Shown: positions 40,431 through 49,453 of the stretch, one piece after another
How positions within the stretch are numbered: position 1 is the stretch's first letter
How the letters are laid out: every line of letters starts with the position of its first letter
Assembly (NCBI GenBank): GCA_014653775.1
Contig: JACWEA010000003.1
Location: forward strand, 603 to 64,602
Origin: Pelagibacterales bacterium SAG-MED30
GTDB lineage: Bacteria; Pseudomonadota; Alphaproteobacteria; Pelagibacterales; Pelagibacteraceae
Direction: 5' to 3'
Length of the DNA: 64,000 nt
The notes under the pieces: generated by a model
Told to the model about the DNA's origin: nothing
Database searches by the model: none
Seen by the model: the letters and a program-made list of their open reading frames with translations, nothing else
Translations under genes and position numbers: made by a program

Positions 40431-40847
40431 CAAAGCAGCTTTTTTTGCTAGTAAATCTACCTCTTCATTTAAGGCATTTCCTGAATGAGCTTTAATCCAA
40501 TTCCATTTAATATTAAATGAATTATTAAGATCATAAAGTTCAATCCATAAATCTTTATTTTTAACATCCTCTTTTTTAGAGGTTTGCCAATTATTTTTTA
40601 CCCAAGTATTTATCCATTCGGTTATTCCAAGTTTTACGTATTGTGAATCAGTATAAATCTGAATTTCTTTATTATGTTCTATTTGTTTTAAAGCATTTAT
40701 TGGAGCTAATAATTCCATTCTATTATTTGTAGTATTTTTTTCGCTACCACTTATTTTTTTGATATTACCTTTATAATTTATAATTGCAGCCCAACCACCA
40801 TTTCCAGGATTTTGTAAACAAGAGCCATCAGTATATATCTCAATCAT
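40422..40847 (-). CDS. rnhA: Ribonuclease HI
   Basis: YTDGSC..NPG.GGW, TTNNRMEL, TDSQY, KNKDLW, AHSG...NE..D. Confidence 0.97.
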   Translation of the reverse strand: MIEIYTDGSCLQNPGNGGWAAIINYKGNIKKISGSEKNTTNNRMELLAPINALKQIEHNKEIQIYTDSQYVKLGITEWINTWVKNNWQTSKKEDVKNKDLWIELYDLNNSFNIKWNWIKAHSGNALNEEVDLLAKKAALLD

Positions 40848-41812
40848 TAAATTAAATAATCTTTATATGTCTTTAAATTATTATGAATTATAAGTTTTTG
40901 ATAATATTCTCTGGGATCTTTTATTTTTATCAATGCAGTTTTAGGAGTATTAGAATAATCATAAAGTCTAGTAAGAAAATATCTCATTGCAGCACCACGA
41001 CATAAAATATTTAAGGATTTTTTTTCTTCAAGATTAATTTTTTTAATTTTTTGATATCCTTTTAATAAATTTTTTACTTTTAGTTTATTAATTATAAATT
41101 TAGAATTTTTTTTATCAAAACATAAAGCATTAATGCAAATTGCTATTTCATACATAAGATAATCATTAGCAGCAAAATAAAAATCAATAAATCCAGATAA
41201 CTTATTTTTTTTGAAAAATATATTATCAATAAATAAATCTCCATGGATTATGCCGTTAGGTAATTTTTTAGGCCATTTTCTTGTTATATCTTTAAAATTA
41301 TTTTTTAAAAATTTTTCTAAATTATTAAATTTTTTTGATTTAAACTTTATACTTTTTACTAATGGATCTAAATTTTTAATGTTCATAGAGTTTTTTCTAT
41401 AAAGTCTCATTCTTCTTGTAAATAAATGCATTTGGGCTATCATCTGTCCTATTTCATAACAATTTTTTAAGCTAAGTTTTTTTTTATCTTTTCCTTCCAA
41501 GAAAGACACTATACATGCAGATTTATTTTTTAATTTAATAAGATAATTCCCATTTTGATTTCGTAAAGGTCTAGGACAATCAATTTTTGATTTGTTTAAT
41601 TGAGCCATTAGTTCCATAAAAAAGGGTATATCTTTTTTTGAAACTCTTTTTTCAAAAATTGTTAATATAAATTTCTTATTATTTGATTTTAACAAATAGT
41701 TTGTATTTTCTATACCTTGTTTGATACCTTGAAAACTCGTGAAGTTTTCATTATTAAATTTTTGATTAATATATAAAATATCTTTTTTATTAATTTTTGT
41801 ATAAACGGCCAT
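40847..41812 (-). CDS. thrB: Homoserine kinase (type II, APH fold)
   Basis: MAVYT, GIENTNY, IHGDLFIDN, FIDFYFA. Confidence 0.93.
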   Translation of the reverse strand: MAVYTKINKKDILYINQKFNNENFTSFQGIKQGIENTNYLLKSNNKKFILTIFEKRVSKKDIPFFMELMAQLNKSKIDCPRPLRNQNGNYLIKLKNKSACIVSFLEGKDKKKLSLKNCYEIGQMIAQMHLFTRRMRLYRKNSMNIKNLDPLVKSIKFKSKKFNNLEKFLKNNFKDITRKWPKKLPNGIIHGDLFIDNIFFKKNKLSGFIDFYFAANDYLMYEIAICINALCFDKKNSKFIINKLKVKNLLKGYQKIKKINLEEKKSLNILCRGAAMRYFLTRLYDYSNTPKTALIKIKDPREYYQKLIIHNNLKTYKDYLI

Positions 41813-42763
41813 TTAATTTAACTTTTTAGGAATTTTAAAAAATACGTCTTCTTTGATTATTTCTACTTCATCTATGTTGATCTCAAATCTTTTTTTTAAT
41901 TTATTTATAAAATCATTAACTAATATTTCTGGTGCTGAAGCTCCAGAGGAAATACCAATTGTATTTGATTTTTCTATTAAGTCATATGGAATTTCACTTT
42001 GAGAATGGATTAATATAGCATTCGAACATCCAGATTTTTTTGCAACCTCAACTAATCTGACAGAATTTGATGAATTTCTACTACCTATTACAAAAAATAA
42101 ATCACATTTTTTTGCAATATTTTTAACTGCCATTTGTCTATTTGTTGTTGCGTAACAAATATCTTCTTTTAAAGGTTCACGTACTTGAGGAAATCTATTT
42201 TTTAAAATTTGGATTATATCTTTTGTATCATCTACTGATAAAGTTGTTTGTGTGACATATGCAATTTTTTTATTTTTAGAATTATATTTTTTTGCATCAT
42301 CTTCATTTTGAATAAGATCAATAGATCCTTTAGGTAGTTGACCCATAGTGCCAATAACTTCTGGGTGGTTTTGATGTCCAATTAATATTAAATGATAGCC
42401 TGCTTTATACAGATTTTCAGCTTCTCTATGTACTTTTGATACCAACGGACACGTGGCATCAATATAAGTCATATTATAACCTTTTGCATCTTCTGGTATT
42501 TTTTTTGGGACACCATGAGCTGAAAAAATAACAGGTCTTGATTTATCGTTGATTTCTTCAAGCTCTTCTACAAAAATAGCCCCCTTACTTTTTAAATCAT
42601 CAACCACATATTTGTTATGAACTATCTCATGACGAACATAAACTGGAGCACCATATTTTTTAATAGATTTTTCTACTATTTCTATAGCTCTTTCAACACC
42701 AGCACAAAATCCTCTTGGCGAAGATAGTAATATTTTTAATTCTTTATTTTTCATTTTTTTCAA
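41813..42763 (-). CDS. ispH: 4-hydroxy-3-methylbut-2-enyl diphosphate reductase
   Basis: PRGFCAGV, DATCPLV, DICYATTNRQ, NSSNS. Confidence 0.97.
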   Translation of the reverse strand: MKKMKNKELKILLSSPRGFCAGVERAIEIVEKSIKKYGAPVYVRHEIVHNKYVVDDLKSKGAIFVEELEEINDKSRPVIFSAHGVPKKIPEDAKGYNMTYIDATCPLVSKVHREAENLYKAGYHLILIGHQNHPEVIGTMGQLPKGSIDLIQNEDDAKKYNSKNKKIAYVTQTTLSVDDTKDIIQILKNRFPQVREPLKEDICYATTNRQMAVKNIAKKCDLFFVIGSRNSSNSVRLVEVAKKSGCSNAILIHSQSEIPYDLIEKSNTIGISSGASAPEILVNDFINKLKKRFEINIDEVEIIKEDVFFKIPKKLN

Positions 42764-43679
42764 TTAAATATTCGAGCAATATATGTGGAAAGGTTAAAGA
42801 CGCCAAACCTATAAATATGATTTTAACAATTGAACTATTAAAATCATACGCATTATTTAAAAAATAAAGGCCTATTAAACAAAAAGTAGCAGCAAGAATT
42901 GTAAGTGGTAAAGCTTTTTTAATAAAGAGCTTTAATCCATTTTTAAGATCATTTTTATCTAGTTCACAAATTAATGTAATACTATGTCTGACAGAATGTA
43001 AAAAACAAAAATAAATTGTAAATGCTAATAATGGGGAAAAATAATAATTTATAATTAGAATAGAAAAATAATCTAAAAAAATTGTAAATTTTTTTAATTC
43101 AAATTTTATAGTAAATAATGAAATACTAGAAAAAGTACTTAAAATAATACCAATTAGTAAAATTTTATTTGTTTCTATAAAATTTAAAACTTCATAAAAA
43201 GATTCATTATTTATAAGCAACAATTTAAATATAGATACTGTTTCACCAAAATGAAAATACATAGGTGCTAAAATTACCAATGAACCTTTAAAGAAAAATA
43301 ATAATTGATTATAAAATGAATTTTTAACCATCAAAAATTGAGTATCTTCTTTCCCAAAATGATAAGAGGCCACTATTAAAAATATTATTAAAGAAACTGA
43401 AGGTAGGATTATCCATAAAATTATAACAGTTACCGCTATTAAAATATATGACAAATAAAAAATAAAAAAATTATTTATTTCAAGAATTTTAAAAAGTTTT
43501 TTCCCTTTAATGTTATCTAGCGAACCGTGAGATATACCAATACTTAAAATTAAGAATAAGCAAATTAGTGGGGAGATTGTAAAATTATTAATTTTAAAAA
43601 TTATTAAAGAAAAAAAGTTACAAAATAAAAAAAAAATAAAAGAGTGATTGAAATTTATTCTTTTAATTTGATTATTCAT
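42744..43679 (-). CDS. blh: Beta-carotene 15,15'-dioxygenase (Brp/Blh)
   Basis: GISHGSLD, SYHFG, HSVRH, LTFPH; multi-TM; in the crt cluster. Confidence 0.93.
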   Translation of the reverse strand: MNNQIKRINFNHSFIFFLFCNFFSLIIFKINNFTISPLICLFLILSIGISHGSLDNIKGKKLFKILEINNFFIFYLSYILIAVTVIILWIILPSVSLIIFLIVASYHFGKEDTQFLMVKNSFYNQLLFFFKGSLVILAPMYFHFGETVSIFKLLLINNESFYEVLNFIETNKILLIGIILSTFSSISLFTIKFELKKFTIFLDYFSILIINYYFSPLLAFTIYFCFLHSVRHSITLICELDKNDLKNGLKLFIKKALPLTILAATFCLIGLYFLNNAYDFNSSIVKIIFIGLASLTFPHILLEYLIEKNEK

Positions 43680-43691
43680 TTATTTATAAAA

Positions 43692-44759
43692 CTAATAAAA
43701 TAACGCTTTAATAAAAGTTAATTTTGGCATTTTTAAAACTATAAACAAATCCTCTAAAAAATTACTTTTATTAGATAAAAATTTTATAACAGTCTTTGGT
43801 GAACTCTTAAACATTTTAAAAAATATATTAGGCATCAGCTCAGGGTTTTTATCTAAAACCCTTAAAAAAATATCATCTAAGAATTGATATTTTTTACTTA
43901 TCTCAAATTTTTTAGCATTTGAAATATTTTCAATATTTTGACATATATATTTACTATGTTCTTGAATATTTAGAAAAGTATAACCAGTACTTAACCTTGT
44001 CATACCACCCGCAGTTCCAATATTTATTTTATTTTTTTCTTTTTCATATGTTGGGTAGAATAAAGGTATTGCACCTTCTTCTTTATAAATTATTTTGTAA
44101 TTTTTTAAATTTAAGTGATTTTCAATATAATCTTTAATTTGTGTGTCATAATCTTTTTGAGAATCATCATTCATTTTTGATAACCAAGTAGTTTCAATTA
44201 AAGCTCTAGTTTTTGTGTAAGGTAGAGTGTAAAAGAAATGAACACTTTCTCTTTGATCACAGTCGAAATCCATAAGATTAAAAATTTCATCATCAAAAAA
44301 ATTGTTTTGAGTTTCAATTTCCACACCACAAAAATGCTGCCAAAGGTTACGATAATCTTTTTTAATCGATGGAACACTATTAAAAACAAAAGAATTTTTT
44401 GAATTAATTTCGCTTATATCTTTAAAGAAAGAAATATTATTATTTTCTTTTAATTTATTGTTAATTTTTTCATAGAACAACCCACTATCAATACTTTGGT
44501 ATGGATAAATTTTACATTCTAAATGATTAGTTTTTTTTGGTATATTAACAGAAAAATTTTCCCAATTTTTTTTAACACAATCATCAAAATTATGTGCTGC
44601 TACCTTCCAAAAAGACCAAGTTTTGTCTTTTTTATATTCTGCTCTTGGCTCAATAATAGCTAAAGTTTTATTTTTTAATTTTTCATTAATCTCAAGTTCA
44701 TATGCAAGTGATAATCCTGCACAACCACCACCAACAATAATATAATCAAATTCTCTCAT
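43692..44759 (-). CDS. crtY: Lycopene beta-cyclase
   Basis: GGGCAGLSLA, DKTWSFW, LMDF, EEGAIP, GTAGG..R.STGYTF. Confidence 0.9.
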   Translation of the reverse strand: MREFDYIIVGGGCAGLSLAYELEINEKLKNKTLAIIEPRAEYKKDKTWSFWKVAAHNFDDCVKKNWENFSVNIPKKTNHLECKIYPYQSIDSGLFYEKINNKLKENNNISFFKDISEINSKNSFVFNSVPSIKKDYRNLWQHFCGVEIETQNNFFDDEIFNLMDFDCDQRESVHFFYTLPYTKTRALIETTWLSKMNDDSQKDYDTQIKDYIENHLNLKNYKIIYKEEGAIPLFYPTYEKEKNKINIGTAGGMTRLSTGYTFLNIQEHSKYICQNIENISNAKKFEISKKYQFLDDIFLRVLDKNPELMPNIFFKMFKSSPKTVIKFLSNKSNFLEDLFIVLKMPKLTFIKALFY

Positions 44760-45597
44760 CTAATTTTATTTCCTCATTTATCAAATTATGATCATGTTGT
44801 ATTTCATCATCTAATCTATGACTAAATGATAGTCTAATTAAGTCAAAAATTGAGAGAAAAGTCTCCAGGACCTTTTCACTATTCGATAAATATATCTTCC
44901 CTGAATTTTGATAATTTTCTAAATTTTTTTTGTTTTTTATCTTATCTCCTATTTTTCTATAAACTCTTCTAGCTACCAGAATAGAAAAACGGAAACTTAT
45001 AGGTATATCCTTAATTGAATAAAATGAATTTTCATAAAAAGTATCAGCAAGATTGATAGTTGATAAAATTTCTTCAAAATTTTCATTTATGTAAAAACGA
45101 TTATTTTCAGAATCTTCAATTACATCTCTCGATATATTAGTAAGCTGCATCGCAATTCCTAGATCGATTGCTGACTTGAGTGAACTTTTTTTATTTACTT
45201 TTAAAATTTTTGCCATCATTAATCCAACAGTTCCAGCTACTCTATATGAGTAAACCAACAGATCTTTCTTTGTATTTAATTTAACCTTATCTTTAATGTC
45301 TGATTTTATTCCCGTTAGTAAATCTTGAACAATTTTCAAGGATATATTGAATTCTTCAATAAGATCCCACATATTTTTGATAATAGGATCATCAAAGTTC
45401 TTTTGATTAAAATCATTTTCAAAATGATTAAATTTTTTTTCTTTATTTTCTATTTTTTCATTATCATCTGCAATGTTGTCTGCAACTCTACAAAAATCAT
45501 ACAAAGCAGAACATTTTTTAAAAGTTTCTTTGGGCAAAAAAAAACCAGCCCAACTGAATGATTTAGCGTAAACAGATAAGTAACTTTTATTAGACAT
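44746..45597 (-). CDS. crtB: Phytoene synthase
   Basis: YDFCRVADNIADD, YSYRVAGTVG, MQLTNISRDVIED. Confidence 0.93.
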   Translation of the reverse strand: MSNKSYLSVYAKSFSWAGFFLPKETFKKCSALYDFCRVADNIADDNEKIENKEKKFNHFENDFNQKNFDDPIIKNMWDLIEEFNISLKIVQDLLTGIKSDIKDKVKLNTKKDLLVYSYRVAGTVGLMMAKILKVNKKSSLKSAIDLGIAMQLTNISRDVIEDSENNRFYINENFEEILSTINLADTFYENSFYSIKDIPISFRFSILVARRVYRKIGDKIKNKKNLENYQNSGKIYLSNSEKVLETFLSIFDLIRLSFSHRLDDEIQHDHNLINEEIKLDERI

Positions 45598-47057
45598 TAT
45601 AAAATTTTATCTAATACTTTTGCTGAAGAAAGTACCCCAGGTACACCAGCTCCTGGATGAGTACCTGCTCCTACAAAATAAAGTCCATCATATATCTCTG
45701 ACTTGTTATGAAATCTAAAATAAGCTGATTGAGAAAATTTCGGTTGGATTGAAAAACCAGAACCATATTTTGTATTTAAATCTTTTTCAAAGTAATCAGG
45801 TGTTAAATAAAAATCTTCAATAATATTTTCTCTTAGATTTGGCATTAAATCTTTTTCCATTTTATCAATTACCAAATCTTTCATCTTTTCTCCTTGAATA
45901 GACCAATCAATTTTCGATTGATTATTAGGCACTGGAACTAGAACATAAAAGCAATCTTGCCCTTCTGGTGCCATAGATTTGTCAGTGGCAGATGGTCTAT
46001 GAAGATAGTAACTAATATCATTATTTAATTTTTTATTATTGAATATGTCATCAAGATGTTCTTTGTATTTATTTCCAAACTTAATAGTATGGTGTTCTAC
46101 ATTTTCATACTTTTTTTTTGTACCAAAATAATAAACAAATAATCCCATTGAATATTCCATTCTATTTTTTTTCCATTTAAACATAATTGAGTTATTTTTA
46201 TTTCCATTTAACATTTTTTCATAAACAGCAGGTGGGTCTGCGTTACAAATAACATTATTAGTTTCAATGCTAGTTTGGTTGTCTAATTGAACGCCAGTTA
46301 TTTTATTATCATTAGAAATAATTTTAGTTACTTCATGACCCTTTATTATTTCTATATCAACTTCATTCATTAGTTTTTCAAAACCTTTTATAATGTTACC
46401 CGTTCCACCCATCGAGTAATGAATACCCCATTTTTTTTCTAGATATAAAATTAGCCCATAAATAGAAGTTGTTGTAAAAGGATTACCTCCAACTAGGAGA
46501 GGGTGCATACTTAATATTCTTCTTAATTTTTCATTTTTTATGTAAGATGAAACCAATGAATATACCGACTTATAACTTTTGAGCTTTAATAAGGCTGGTA
46601 GTTGTTGCATCATCACTAAAGGCTTATCAAATGGGACATCAGCGAGTTCTGTAAACCCTTTGTCAAAAATCTTTTTGGTAAAGTTAACTAATTTTTCATA
46701 ACCTAAGACATCTTCTTTATTAATTTTTTCTATCTGTTTTTTCATTTCAACTTCATCACCTGAATAATTAAACTTTGAATTGTCTTCGAAAACAAATTGA
46801 TACCAAATTTTGAGTGGAGAAAGCTTAATATAATCTTTTGGATTTTTTTTAAATAACTCAAATAACTCGTTAATTAAATAGGGAGCTGTAATGACTGTAG
46901 GACCACCATCATAGATAAATCCATTTCTCCTAAACACTCTTGCTCTACCCCCAAGATCTTGGTGTTTTTCAATTAAAGTCACATCATGACCTTTAGCTTT
47001 TAGACGAAGGGCAGCAGCTATACCACCAAATCCAGAACCTATTACAACAGAATTCAT
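45597..47057 (-). CDS. crtI: Phytoene desaturase
   Basis: GSGFGG, GGRAR, DGGPTVIT, LYFVGAGTHPGAGVPGV. Confidence 0.95.
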   Translation of the reverse strand: MNSVVIGSGFGGIAAALRLKAKGHDVTLIEKHQDLGGRARVFRRNGFIYDGGPTVITAPYLINELFELFKKNPKDYIKLSPLKIWYQFVFEDNSKFNYSGDEVEMKKQIEKINKEDVLGYEKLVNFTKKIFDKGFTELADVPFDKPLVMMQQLPALLKLKSYKSVYSLVSSYIKNEKLRRILSMHPLLVGGNPFTTTSIYGLILYLEKKWGIHYSMGGTGNIIKGFEKLMNEVDIEIIKGHEVTKIISNDNKITGVQLDNQTSIETNNVICNADPPAVYEKMLNGNKNNSIMFKWKKNRMEYSMGLFVYYFGTKKKYENVEHHTIKFGNKYKEHLDDIFNNKKLNNDISYYLHRPSATDKSMAPEGQDCFYVLVPVPNNQSKIDWSIQGEKMKDLVIDKMEKDLMPNLRENIIEDFYLTPDYFEKDLNTKYGSGFSIQPKFSQSAYFRFHNKSEIYDGLYFVGAGTHPGAGVPGVLSSAKVLDKIL

Positions 47058-47096
47058 TGTTATAATTTATAGTTTTTTAAAAAAAATGTAAGTGTA

Positions 47097-47594
47097 TTAT
47101 GAGTTAATTTTTTTTAACTCTTCTTTGGTTTCATCCAAATTTTTTTGAAATACCCCATCAAGCTTTGATTTGTCAACTGATGTAGTAATAATTTTCTTAA
47201 CTGAGTCTATAGCAATTTTAATTGATGCATCCTTAATTTCCTTGATTGTTTTTTCTTTCATTTGATTAATTTTATTTTCTGCTAAATTTTTTTTTAATTC
47301 TGAAGATTTATGAAATTTATCATTAAGTTCTATAATTAATTTATCACCATCCTTTTTAGCTTGGTCTAAAATATCATTTTTAACATCATCAGCTGTATCG
47401 AGTTTTTTTTGAGCATTATCTAATAAAGTTTTTGCCTCAGTTCTTAATTTTTCGCTTTCATCAATTTCATTTTTTATATCCGCTATAAGTTTGTTGAGAA
47501 TTTCATTTATTTTTTGGGGTACTTTTAAGTAAGTTAACCCACCAAAAAAAAGGATAAATGAAACTGCTACCCAAAATGTTGCATCAATTACCAT
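47097..47594 (-). CDS. atpF: ATP synthase F0 subunit b
   Basis: MVIDATFWVAVSF TM followed by coiled coil; position in the F0 operon; start adjusted. Confidence 0.9.
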   Translation of the reverse strand: MVIDATFWVAVSFILFFGGLTYLKVPQKINEILNKLIADIKNEIDESEKLRTEAKTLLDNAQKKLDTADDVKNDILDQAKKDGDKLIIELNDKFHKSSELKKNLAENKINQMKEKTIKEIKDASIKIAIDSVKKIITTSVDKSKLDGVFQKNLDETKEELKKINS

Positions 47595-48174
47595 AATATT
47601 TACTCCGATTTTTTTTTGATAAATCATCAACAATTGCCGAAATACTACTATTATTTATTTCGTTTCCTATTAATTTTTGTATTAATTCTGATGATGTTTC
47701 TATAGCAATTTTAGTAATTTTTTCTGGCGCGCCTTGTTTGAGTTCGCTAATTTCATCTTCAGCTTTTTTAATTTCTTCTTCGATTTGTTTATCTAAAATT
47801 TCTTTTTTTACATTAATATCTTTGATAGCTTTTTCCCTAGCTTGATTATAAATATTTTTGGCTTCATTTTTACTTTTTAATATAATCTCATCATATTCTT
47901 TAAGTTTAGTTTCACTTGCTTCTCTCTGTTTGTCTGCAGCCTCAATATTATCTGAAATTTGTGATTTTCTTTGTTCAAGGTTAGAGCTTATTTTAGGGAG
48001 TATTAGTTTTGATAAAACTATATACAAAATTCCAAAAGTTATTGATAACCAAAATATTTGAGAAAACCAAAACTCAGGGTTTAATTGAGGCATACCACCG
48101 CTTTCAGCAGAAAAAACTTTTCCAACAAATAAAAAGTTAAAAAATACTAACTGAAAAAATATTTTTTTAATCAT
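47584..48174 (-). CDS. ATP synthase F0 subunit b'
   Basis: GGMPQL...SQIFWL motif followed by coiled coil. Confidence 0.9.
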   Translation of the reverse strand: MIKKIFFQLVFFNFLFVGKVFSAESGGMPQLNPEFWFSQIFWLSITFGILYIVLSKLILPKISSNLEQRKSQISDNIEAADKQREASETKLKEYDEIILKSKNEAKNIYNQAREKAIKDINVKKEILDKQIEEEIKKAEDEISELKQGAPEKITKIAIETSSELIQKLIGNEINNSSISAIVDDLSKKNRSKYYGN

Positions 48175-48180
48175 CTTGTG

Positions 48181-48408
48181 CTAAAATGCAAAAAGAATAA
48201 TTAATGCTACGACTAGTCCAAATAGACCAGTTGCTTCTGCTAGGGCAAATCCTAAAAGTAAATTTGGAAATTGTTTTTGCGCTGCAGATGGATTTCTCAT
48301 CGCACCTGAAAGATAATTTCCAAAAATTATTCCTATACCAACACCGGCACCTGCTAGAGCAATAGCTGCTAGTCCAGCTCCGATCATTTTTGCTGCTTCT
48401 AATTCCAT
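48181..48408 (-). CDS. atpE: ATP synthase F0 subunit c
   Basis: GAGVGIG, RNP, FALAEATG. Confidence 0.98.
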   Translation of the reverse strand: MELEAAKMIGAGLAAIALAGAGVGIGIIFGNYLSGAMRNPSAAQKQFPNLLLGFALAEATGLFGLVVALIILFAF

Positions 48409-48425
48409 TATATCCTCCTTGTTAA

Positions 48426-49160
48426 TTAATGGTGTAAATTTAATGCATCATTTAAATAGATGCAGGTTAAGATTGCAAATACATATGCTTGAAGAAAAGC
48501 AACTAAGATCTCCAAACCTGTTAAAGCAACCGAAAAACTCAGTGGAAGCCATCCACCAACTATTCCAAGACTTATTACAAAGCCTCCGAAAACTTTCATC
48601 ATAGTATGACCAGCCATCATATTAGCAAATAATCTTACAGATAAACTGATAGGTCTACTTAAGTAAGAAATTATCTCAATAACTACAATTAATGGAAGTA
48701 AAACAATAGGTACACCACTTGGCACAAATAGTTTTAGATATCCAAATCCATGTTTAATAAATCCAATTATTGTTACTCCAATAAAAATAAATGTTGCTAA
48801 CATAAATGTTACAATAATATGGCTTGTAACTGTAAAAGTATAAGGAATCATACCAAACATATTGCAGAAAAGTACAAACATAAACAAAGAGAAAATAAAA
48901 GCAAAATAAGGTCTTGCTTTTGATCCAGCTGTATCTCCAATCATTTTTGAAACAAAGTTATAACTTAGCTCAGTTAATAATTGTAATTTATTTGGTAGTA
49001 ATGAATTTTTTTTAGACCCTAAATTAAAAATAATTAAGATTGCTAAAGAACTAATCACCATAAACAAACTTGCATTTGTAAATGAAATATCAAATGCACC
49101 AACTTTTATTTCTGGACCAATACGATAAACCTCGAATTGAGACATTGGATTTGCTGCCAT
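48426..49160 (-). CDS. atpB: ATP synthase F0 subunit a
   Basis: SRPISLSVRLFANMMAGH, LQAYVF. Confidence 0.97.
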   Translation of the reverse strand: MAANPMSQFEVYRIGPEIKVGAFDISFTNASLFMVISSLAILIIFNLGSKKNSLLPNKLQLLTELSYNFVSKMIGDTAGSKARPYFAFIFSLFMFVLFCNMFGMIPYTFTVTSHIIVTFMLATFIFIGVTIIGFIKHGFGYLKLFVPSGVPIVLLPLIVVIEIISYLSRPISLSVRLFANMMAGHTMMKVFGGFVISLGIVGGWLPLSFSVALTGLEILVAFLQAYVFAILTCIYLNDALNLHH

Positions 49161-49168
49161 AAATTAAT

Positions 49169-49444
49169 CTATTTTTGCATTTTTTTTGCTGATCTTATTA
49201 CATTTATTATGCCCGCAACAACACCAACAAAAAAAAATATTATTATTAACCAGGGTTTAGTATCAAAGGTATTGTCTAAAATAAACCCAATAATTGTCCC
49301 AACAGCAACTGCAGAAACAAGCTCAGTACTTAGTTTAAAAGCAGCACCAATTGACGTGGAATTTTGAGTTTTCTTATAAAAATTTTTTTTTGAAATCTTA
49401 TTTTTTGCAATCTGTAAGCGAGTTTTAAACTGATCTTTAGACAT
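49169..49444 (-). CDS. ATP synthase accessory protein AtpZ/AtpI
   Basis: STELVSAVAVG..IG..LD..F.T.PW; first gene of the F0 operon. Confidence 0.85.
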   Translation of the reverse strand: MSKDQFKTRLQIAKNKISKKNFYKKTQNSTSIGAAFKLSTELVSAVAVGTIIGFILDNTFDTKPWLIIIFFFVGVVAGIINVIRSAKKMQK

Positions 49445-49453
49445 AATATTTGG

